From: Atopobium sp.
GTDB taxonomy: Bacteria > Actinomycetota > Coriobacteriia > Coriobacteriales > Atopobiaceae
Length of the DNA: 64,000 nucleotides
NCBI GenBank assembly: GCA_015258785.1
Contig: JABZHP010000001.1
Coordinates: forward strand, 6,434-70,433
Direction of reading: 5' to 3'
In this document: positions 57,397 to 64,000 of the stretch, piece by piece
Layout of the letters: the number at the start of each line of letters is the position of its first letter
Position numbering within the stretch: position 1 is the stretch's first letter
Notes under the pieces: generated by a model
What the model was told of the DNA's origin: nothing
Databases searched by the model: none
What the model saw: only the letters and a program-made list of their open reading frames with translations
Position numbers and translations under genes: made by a program

Positions 57397-58584
57397 TTGA
57401 GCATTTTTGAAGATACCGCGCCTCGTGCTGTAAGGCATGAGCCACTGCGTGTTGCTGTCCTTGGAGCTTCGGGTTCTGTGGGTATGCAGACGCTTGATGT
57501 ATGCCGTCATTTTCCGCAAAAGGTGGAGGTTGCAGCCCTTGCAGTGAGGTCGTCGGTTGAGTTTGCAGTGAAGGCAGCAACTGAGTTCAACTGCAAATAC
57601 GTTGCTTTTGCCGATGCAAGTGTCAAGGGCAACGCCCTTCTCGACTCACTGCCACAAGGCTGCAAAGCAAGCTTTGGTCCTGAGGCCGTTCAGGCGCTTG
57701 CTGAGCTGGATGAGGTTGACTGCGTAGTCAACGCAGTGGTGGGAGAGGCCGGCATTTACGCTGGTCTGGCCGCTGTGAAGGCTGGCAAAGTGCTGGCTTA
57801 CGCTAACAAGGAGTCAATTGTTGTTGGCGGAGACCTCCTGATGCCTCTGGTCAAGCCTGGTCAGCTCATCCCCGTTGATTCTGAGCACAGCGCCATCTTC
57901 CAGTGCCTTATTGGCGAGAACCCTGCTGATATCCAGAGGATTTGGCTCACCTGTTCTGGAGGCCCGTTCTTCGGATATTCTCGTGAGCAGCTCAAGCATG
58001 TCTCGGCCGACGACGCTTTGGCGCATCCAACCTGGAAGATGGGTGCCAAGATTACCATCGATTGCGCCACGCTCATGAATAAGGGTCTTGAGCTCATTGA
58101 AGCTCATCACCTCTTTGACACTCCAATGGATAAGCTTGAGGTGTTGGTACATCGTCAGAGTCGCATTCACTCTATGGTTGAGTTTGTTGACGGCTCTGTT
58201 AAAGCGCAGCTCGGAGCCTCTGATATGAGGCTGCCTATCCAGTTTGCGCTGAGCTATCCACATCGTTGGCCTGCAATTGCAAAGCCGGTTAAGTGGCAAG
58301 AAACCACTCCTCTCACAGGCGATTATGCTGACGAGAAGACCTTTGGATGCCTAGCTCTTGCTCGTCATGCAGGAACTGTTGGAGGAACGCTTCCTTGCAT
58401 TATGAATGCAGCTAATGAAGTTGCTAACCATGCATTTAGACGAGGAAGATGTTCATTTCTTGATATTGAGCGCATTGTTGCTGAGACTATGAATGCCTCT
58501 GAAGTTCAAAGGGTAGAAGACCTTCAACAATTGACGCTTGTAGACGCAGAGGCACGAGCTTTAGCCCGTTCTTTTGTGGGATAG
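57397..58584 (+). CDS. dxr: 1-deoxy-D-xylulose 5-phosphate reductoisomerase
   Basis: GASGSVG NADPH site, ANKESIV, and C-terminal Dxr domain. TTG start. Confidence 0.9.
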   Translation: MSIFEDTAPRAVRHEPLRVAVLGASGSVGMQTLDVCRHFPQKVEVAALAVRSSVEFAVKAATEFNCKYVAFADASVKGNALLDSLPQGCKASFGPEAVQALAELDEVDCVVNAVVGEAGIYAGLAAVKAGKVLAYANKESIVVGGDLLMPLVKPGQLIPVDSEHSAIFQCLIGENPADIQRIWLTCSGGPFFGYSREQLKHVSADDALAHPTWKMGAKITIDCATLMNKGLELIEAHHLFDTPMDKLEVLVHRQSRIHSMVEFVDGSVKAQLGASDMRLPIQFALSYPHRWPAIAKPVKWQETTPLTGDYADEKTFGCLALARHAGTVGGTLPCIMNAANEVANHAFRRGRCSFLDIERIVAETMNASEVQRVEDLQQLTLVDAEARALARSFVG

Positions 58585-58591
58585 GAATTTT

Positions 58592-59956
58592 GTGAATTTG
58601 ATAGCTATTCTTTCACCAATTTTTTGGGGACTCTTGGTCCTCTCGCTCCTTGTATTTGTTCACGAGGCTGGTCATTACGGTATGGCTCGCCTGTGTGGCG
58701 TCCGTGTAACTGAGTTTTTCTTGGGCATGCCGTTCAAGTACAAGCTTTCTCATAAGAGCAAAAAATATGGTACTGAGGTTGGCGTGACTCCACTTCTTTT
58801 TGGTGGCTATACGCGCATCTGCGGTATGGAAGGCGAGCTAGATGAGCTGCTTCCACAAGCTCTGATGAGCGTTCAAGAGGCGGGTTCACTTGAGGTTGGC
58901 GCTCTTGCAGCAAAACTTAACTGTGAGGATGAGCGCGCCTACAATCTGCTGTACACCCTTGCAGACTGGGGCTCCATTGAGCTTGTTAAAGAGTCAGATG
59001 AGCTAGCGCACACCACGTTTCAGACGCTTGCGCGAGACGCTGAGCTTCGCTGTGAGTATGATCGTGGTAACAACTTTGAGCTTGAAGGCTCTACAGCAGC
59101 AGGGGAGCCTCGTGTTCCACAGATGTCCGCTGATGATTTCTTTGCTCAAGAGAAGGCTCATACCTATGTTGGTGTAAATGTTCCCAAACGCTTGCTCATG
59201 ATCTTGGGCGGACCTCTAGTCAATATTGCGCTGGCCTTTGTGCTGGTTGTTGGCTCTTTGATGTTTGTTGGCATTCCTGCTGCTCAGAATAAGGCTCAGC
59301 TGGGCTCTGTTGAATCTGGCTCTCTTGCTGCTATTTCAGGCCTTACTGCCGGAGACACTATTCTTACCTTTAACAAGGTAGAGGTACATACCTGGGAAGA
59401 CCTTACTGCTGCTATCAAGGATGCAATGTCCAATGGAGGCAAGGATATCCCTGTCACGTATGAGCGCAATGGCATTCAACTTGAAACTACCATTAAACCT
59501 GTTTTGCGTTCTGACGATAAAATCATCGGCGTGACACCTGTCATGACCACCTATCACTTCTCGTTTATTGACGCATCAGCTGCAGCTGTATCGTATGCCG
59601 CGCAGGTTGGCCAGTTTGCACTCAGACTGCTCATCCCAACGCAGACCATGGAAGTTCTCAATCAGTCGTCTTCCGTTGTTGGAATTTCTGTAATGGCATC
59701 AGAAGCTGCTGCAGAGGGTTTCTCGACCCTTATTATGCTGGTAGCAGCCATTTCTATGTCACTTGGCTTTATGAATCTTTTACCTATTCCACCTCTTGAC
59801 GGTGGAAAGATTCTGATTGAGGTAATTCAGGTGATTATCAGAAAGCCTCTGTCTATCAAAGTTCAAAACATTTTGTCTTACATTGGACTGGCATTTTTCC
59901 TGTTTGTGTTTGTCGTTGCACTGAGAAACGATATTCTTCATTTACTTTTTAGGTAG
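58592..59956 (+). CDS. rseP: RIP site-2 metalloprotease RseP/Rip1
   Basis: HEAGHY zinc site, PDZ domain, LLPIPPLDGG motif. GTG at 58592; the in-frame TTG at 58574 is the alternative. Confidence 0.85.
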   Translation: MNLIAILSPIFWGLLVLSLLVFVHEAGHYGMARLCGVRVTEFFLGMPFKYKLSHKSKKYGTEVGVTPLLFGGYTRICGMEGELDELLPQALMSVQEAGSLEVGALAAKLNCEDERAYNLLYTLADWGSIELVKESDELAHTTFQTLARDAELRCEYDRGNNFELEGSTAAGEPRVPQMSADDFFAQEKAHTYVGVNVPKRLLMILGGPLVNIALAFVLVVGSLMFVGIPAAQNKAQLGSVESGSLAAISGLTAGDTILTFNKVEVHTWEDLTAAIKDAMSNGGKDIPVTYERNGIQLETTIKPVLRSDDKIIGVTPVMTTYHFSFIDASAAAVSYAAQVGQFALRLLIPTQTMEVLNQSSSVVGISVMASEAAAEGFSTLIMLVAAISMSLGFMNLLPIPPLDGGKILIEVIQVIIRKPLSIKVQNILSYIGLAFFLFVFVVALRNDILHLLFR

Positions 59957-59963
59957 TGATTTT

Positions 59964-61037
59964 ATGTCTGAGATTGCTCGCACAAAGACGCATCCCGTTA
60001 TGGTTGGATCTGTCCAGGTTGGCGGCGGTGCTCCCGTTTCCGTTCAGTCTATGTGCACCACTAAAACAGATGATCCAGACGCAACGCTCCTTCAGATCAA
60101 AGGGCTTGCTGAGGCAGGGTGCGAGATTATCCGTGTGGCAATTCCTGATGCAAAGGCCCTCGATGGCTTTGAAAAGATTTGCAAATACTCGCCACTTCCT
60201 GTTGTTGCCGATATTCACTTTGACTATAAGCTGGCGCTTGAAGCTGCAAAGCGAGGTGCGGCAGCTCTTCGTATTAACCCAGGAAACATTGGCTCCATGG
60301 AGCGTGTTGATGCTGTCATTGAGGCAGCTAAAGAGGCACATATTCCCATTAGAATTGGCGTTAACGCAGGCTCTCTTGCTAAAGAATTTGATACAAGACA
60401 AGATATGACCCTTGTCGAGAAACTCGTGGCGTCGTCAAAGTCATTTGTAGAGCACTTTTCTTCTCGCGGTTTTGACGACATTGTTTTGTCTGCAAAAGCT
60501 CACGATGTCCCCACTACGCTTGCGGTCTATCGTGCGCTTTCAAAAGAGCTTCCACAGATTCCTTTGCATGTAGGTGTAACAGAGGCTGGCGCGCTGAGGC
60601 AGGGAACGGTAAAGAATTCTGCCGCAGTTGGCATTCTGCTTGAGAGCGGCATTGGTGATACCATGCGCCTGTCTTTGACGGCCGACCCTGTGGAAGAGGT
60701 TCATGTAGCATGGGAGCTTCTTGCAGCCCTTGGTATGCGCCGCATTAAGCCAGAGCTGGTAAGTTGTCCTACGTGCGGCAGGTGTGGCGTTGACATGATT
60801 CCTATTGCAGAGGAAGTTACCAAGCGCCTAGATGGCGTTCGTGCTCCAATTTCTGTGGCGGTCATGGGTTGCGTTGTTAACGGACCTGGTGAGGCTAGGG
60901 GCGTTGACCTTGGCGTTGCCTGCGGTAAAGGTCAGGCAGTGTTGTTTGAAAATGGCAATCCCATTAGAAAAGTGCCTGAAGATAAGATTGTTGATGAGCT
61001 ATTCGCCGAAATTGAGAATCGTTTTGGCAAAAAATAA
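59964..61037 (+). CDS. ispG: 4-hydroxy-3-methylbut-2-en-1-yl diphosphate synthase
   Basis: GcpE family: TIM-barrel N-domain (RVAIPD...RINPGNIG) and 4Fe-4S CPTCGRC motif. Confidence 0.9.
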   Translation: MSEIARTKTHPVMVGSVQVGGGAPVSVQSMCTTKTDDPDATLLQIKGLAEAGCEIIRVAIPDAKALDGFEKICKYSPLPVVADIHFDYKLALEAAKRGAAALRINPGNIGSMERVDAVIEAAKEAHIPIRIGVNAGSLAKEFDTRQDMTLVEKLVASSKSFVEHFSSRGFDDIVLSAKAHDVPTTLAVYRALSKELPQIPLHVGVTEAGALRQGTVKNSAAVGILLESGIGDTMRLSLTADPVEEVHVAWELLAALGMRRIKPELVSCPTCGRCGVDMIPIAEEVTKRLDGVRAPISVAVMGCVVNGPGEARGVDLGVACGKGQAVLFENGNPIRKVPEDKIVDELFAEIENRFGKK

Positions 61038-61077
61038 GTAAACTATACGTATTACTTCATATTGAAAGGAAACTACC

Positions 61078-62793
61078 TTGAAGCACTGGATGCGCATGTC
61101 TTCTTTGTATGCACCAACACTCAAAGAAGACCCAGCTGAGGCTGTACTTGCAAGTCACCGCCTGCTCCTTCGTGCTGGCATGATTAGAAAGACCGCTGCT
61201 GGTCTGTACTCTTATCTGCCACTTGCATGGCGCTCTCTTTTAAAGATTGAGGCCATCATCCGCGATGAGATGGACGGTATTGGTGCTCAGGAGATTCTTG
61301 TTCCTATTATGACCCCCGCTGAGCTCTGGGAAGAGTCTGGTCGTTGGGACGTCTACGGCGACGAGCTCATGCGTATGCATGATCGCCACGATCGTCAGTT
61401 TGCTCTTGGTCCAACTCACGAGGAGACCTTTACAGACCTCATTAGAAATGAGCTTAAGAGCTATAAGCAGCTTCCTGTAACGCTCTATCAGATTCAGGAT
61501 AAGTTCCGTGACGAGCGCCGTCCACGCTTTGGTCTTATGCGTGGCCGTGAGTTCATTATGAAAGACGGTTATTCCTTCTCGGCAAATCAAGAGTCACTGC
61601 AGGAATGCTATGACCAGGAGAAGGTTGCTTACCAGAACGTTTGTGACCGTACACGTCTTAAGGCTCTGCAGGTAGTTGCTGACTCTGGTCAGATTGGTGG
61701 AGACACCTCTGTTGAGTTTATGGCTCTGGCAGAGGCTGGCGAGGCAAGCCTAGTCTATTGCGATTGCGGTTACGCTGCAGATACCGAAGCAGCTGCTGCA
61801 AAGATTAACGTAGAAGAGCGTGAGTCTGGCAAGATGTGTGAGATTCACACTCCTGGTATTGGCTCCATTGATGACGTTGCAGAGTTCCTCCACGTTTCAC
61901 CTGCAGCAACCCGCAAAGCTCTTGCGCTTGTTGACGGAAATGGCAAGCCAGTTGTGTGCTTTGTTCCAGGCACTCATGAGCTCAACGAGGTAAAAGCTGA
62001 GCATGCTTTTGGTGAGTATCACATGATGACTGATGAAGAGCTAGAAGAGTATGGTCTCATCAAGGGCTTCATTGGACCTGTTGGTCTACCTGAGGGTATC
62101 CGCGTTGTTGGAGACCTCTCTCTTGAGGATACTCAGTGGTGGCTCTGCGGTGCTAATAAGGCAGACTACCACCTTGATCACGTTGAACTTGGCCGTGACT
62201 TTGAGATTAACGAGTGGAAAGACCTTGTAACTTCTCAGGAGGGCGATATTTGTCCTGAGTGTGGACTTCCTCTGCACGCTGCTCGCGGTATTGAGGTTGG
62301 CCAGGTCTTCCAGCTTGGCACCAAGTACTCTTCAGCCCTTAACGCTACCTTCACCGATGAAAACGGTGAGGACAAGCCTCTGGTTATGGGCTGCTACGGC
62401 ATTGGTGTTTCCAGACTGCTTGCTGCTGTTGTTGAGCAATACAATGACGAGAAGGGCATCAAGTGGCCAGTCTCTGTTGCCCCTTATGAGGTTTCTGTTC
62501 TTTGCCTCTCTGACAAAGATCCAGAGATTTGGAATGCAGCGGGTTCTGTAGCTGACGCCTGTGTTGCTGCTGGTCTTGAGACGGTTGTTGATGATCGTGC
62601 AGAGCGTCCTGGTGTTAAGTTTGCAGACGCAGATCTTATTGGCTTCCCATGGCAGGTTATTGTGGGCAAGAAGGGCGTTGCAAACGGCATCGCAGAAGTC
62701 AAAGAGCGTGCTACCGGCGAGCGCTTTGAGGTTGCCCTTGATGAGGTTGCTTCTTGGTTGGCAGAGAAGATTCTTCCAGAGCGAGAGCTTTAA
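61078..62793 (+). CDS. proS: Proline--tRNA ligase
   Basis: Class II aaRS motifs and typical ProS N-terminus (LKEDPAEAVLASHRLLLRAGMIR), with editing-domain insertion. 571 aa. Confidence 0.9.
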   Translation: MKHWMRMSSLYAPTLKEDPAEAVLASHRLLLRAGMIRKTAAGLYSYLPLAWRSLLKIEAIIRDEMDGIGAQEILVPIMTPAELWEESGRWDVYGDELMRMHDRHDRQFALGPTHEETFTDLIRNELKSYKQLPVTLYQIQDKFRDERRPRFGLMRGREFIMKDGYSFSANQESLQECYDQEKVAYQNVCDRTRLKALQVVADSGQIGGDTSVEFMALAEAGEASLVYCDCGYAADTEAAAAKINVEERESGKMCEIHTPGIGSIDDVAEFLHVSPAATRKALALVDGNGKPVVCFVPGTHELNEVKAEHAFGEYHMMTDEELEEYGLIKGFIGPVGLPEGIRVVGDLSLEDTQWWLCGANKADYHLDHVELGRDFEINEWKDLVTSQEGDICPECGLPLHAARGIEVGQVFQLGTKYSSALNATFTDENGEDKPLVMGCYGIGVSRLLAAVVEQYNDEKGIKWPVSVAPYEVSVLCLSDKDPEIWNAAGSVADACVAAGLETVVDDRAERPGVKFADADLIGFPWQVIVGKKGVANGIAEVKERATGERFEVALDEVASWLAEKILPEREL

Positions 62794-62811
62794 AAAATGA
62801 GCGCCTGGTTT

Positions 62812-63612
62812 TTAACCAAGCGCTACATCAAGGGTCATCATTACGGTAAATCCTAATGCGAAGGCAAGTACTCCAACGTTTGAGTGCTTGCCTTCACTCA
62901 TTTCTGGAATAAGTTCTTCCACAACTACGTACATCATGGCGCCTGCTGCAAAACTCAGTAGATAGGGAAGAATGGGAATGACAAGCTCTGCAGCAAGAAT
63001 AGTAAGTACTGCTCCAATAGGCTCAACTATGCCAGATATAATTCCCAAGATGAGCGACTTGCCTTTAGAGGTACCTCCTGCATGGAGAGGCATAGAGATG
63101 ATGGCACCTTCAGGAAAGTTCTGAATAGCAATTCCAAGTGCTAAAGCCATAGCACCTGCATAGGTAATATTTGAGTTACCCGAGACCCATCCAGCAAAAA
63201 CTACACCAACTGCCATTCCTTCAGGAATGTTGTGGAGCGTTACTGCTAACGCCATAAGCGTTGATTTTTGCCAGCTTGTTTTAATGCCTTCAGCCTCATC
63301 GTCTGTCTCGCCCAGGTGAAGGTGGGGGATTACGTGGTCAAGCAAGAGCAAGAAAAGAGTGCCTACCCAAAATCCAACTACCGCGGGAACAAAAGCAAAC
63401 TGTCCCATTGCCTCCGAAGATTCAATGGCTGGAATCAATAAACTCCAGATAGAAGCGGCAACCATGACGCCGGCGGCAAAGCCCGTAAGAGCACGCTCTA
63501 CTGTGCGATTCAGAGCCTTCTTCATAAACAGTACCATCGCTGCGCCCAGCGAAGTTCCTGCAAAAGGAATCAAAATTCCTTGTACCAGTTCTATATTCAT
63601 CAAAAACTCCAA
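62812..63612 (-). CDS. zupT: ZIP-family zinc transporter
   Basis: Polytopic protein with ZIP signature helices (HNIPEGMAVG, HNFPEGAI). Confidence 0.85.
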   Translation of the reverse strand: MEFLMNIELVQGILIPFAGTSLGAAMVLFMKKALNRTVERALTGFAAGVMVAASIWSLLIPAIESSEAMGQFAFVPAVVGFWVGTLFLLLLDHVIPHLHLGETDDEAEGIKTSWQKSTLMALAVTLHNIPEGMAVGVVFAGWVSGNSNITYAGAMALALGIAIQNFPEGAIISMPLHAGGTSKGKSLILGIISGIVEPIGAVLTILAAELVIPILPYLLSFAAGAMMYVVVEELIPEMSEGKHSNVGVLAFALGFTVMMTLDVALG

Positions 63613-63751
63613 TTAAGTGTTATTTAAGAGTAATCATTACTACTTGTGTACCCAGTAAAACTTATGCAAATTCGTTTTATATGCAACCAATTAGAAAATT
63701 GTCGAGAAAAACAGAGCTTTGGTTTGCTATAGTATTTCCCGCACCACGTTC

Positions 63752-63824
63752 GGGGAATTAGCTCAGCTGGGAGAGCGCATGACTGGCAGTCATGAGGTCA
63801 GGGGTTCGATCCCCCTATTCTCCA
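63752..63824 (+). tRNA. tRNA-Ala (anticodon GGC)
   Basis: Cloverleaf by hand: acceptor GGGGAAT/ATTCTCC with a G3:U70 Ala identity pair, anticodon loop CTGGCAG. CCA encoded. Confidence 0.85.
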
Positions 63825-63836
63825 CCACGCATTCTG

Positions 63837-63863
63837 GCGGCGGCATCTGTCGCCGCTTTTTTC
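63837..63863 (+). terminator. Short GC hairpin plus T-run between tRNA-Ala and tRNA-Met
   Basis: GCGGCG-loop-CGCCGC followed by TTTTTTC. Confidence 0.5.
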
Positions 63864-63867
63864 TTAC

Positions 63868-63940
63868 GGGCTCATGGCGCAACGGTTAGCGCAGGGGACT
63901 CATAATCCCTGGGTTGGGGGTTCAAATCCCTCTGGGCCCA
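63868..63940 (+). tRNA. tRNA-Met (anticodon CAU), elongator type; tRNA-Ile2 (lysidine) cannot be excluded
   Basis: Acceptor GGGCTCA/TGGGCCC. G1:C72 is paired, so it is not an initiator. Anticodon loop CTCATAA. CCA encoded. Confidence 0.8.
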
Positions 63941-63954
63941 CCAAATACACATGT

Positions 63955-63990
63955 GGCGAGAAATCCTTTGGTTTTCTCGCCATTTCTTTT
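63955..63990 (+). terminator. Terminator hairpin built from the dispersed motif: GGCGAGAAA-N9-TTTCTCGCC, then a T-rich tract
   Basis: Read directly at 63955-63963 and 63973-63981. Followed by ATTTCTTTT. Confidence 0.6.
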
Positions 63991-64000
63991 ACCGAAACTC

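Overview
This 64-kb window looks like core chromosome from a moderate-GC Actinomycetota genome, probably Coriobacteriia. The synteny is actinobacterial: rpsP-KH-rimM-trmD, rnhB-yraN-yifB-dprA-xerC, dxr-rseP-ispG. Anaerobe genes (pflB, ppdK, ECF transporters) are also present.

Genes found:
- Pyruvate formate-lyase (pflB), 5-formyl-THF cyclo-ligase, and a shikimate/chorismate cluster on the minus strand (aroB, aroA, aroC, chorismate mutase, an aroE-aroK fusion and an EIIB-aroQ fusion) interrupted by a convergent Eda-family aldolase.
- tRNA-Arg(CCG), a P-type ATPase, a double zinc-ribbon membrane protein, cyclophilin and a TPR protein.
- mreB-mreC-mreD-mrdA-rodA, a hypothetical protein, and a TIGR03960/TIGR03936 radical-SAM pair.
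- rplU-rpmA, then a Trp-codon leader peptide with terminator in front of a trpP-ecfAA'-ecfT ECF transporter.
- obg-nadD-yqeK-rsfS, dinB, rpsP-KH-rimM-trmD-lepB, glyQ-glyS, a truncated PDRP-like gene next to ppdK, a dGTPase-like HD protein.
- rplS-rnhB-yraN-yifB-dprA-trmFO-xerC, rpsB-tsf-pyrH-frr-uppS-cdsA-dxr-rseP-ispG-proS, a ZIP transporter, tRNA-Ala and tRNA-Met(CAU).

I saw no CRISPR array, IS element, prophage or recognisable defence island.

The points most worth a second look are:
1. An over-represented, mostly intergenic motif GTTTCTCGCC/GGCGAGAAAC that often occurs as hairpin-forming inverted pairs.
2. A MRATCTQQWWWNNLSFSGQR leader peptide plus terminator controlling a TrpP-type ECF transporter.
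3. A PTS EIIB(Glc) domain fused to type II dehydroquinase.
4. A PFL whose ORF stops before the glycyl-radical motif.
5. An N-terminal-only PDRP remnant beside ppdK.
6. A local rearrangement that separates rplS from trmD, with candidate r-protein leader structures upstream of rplS, rplU and rpsB.
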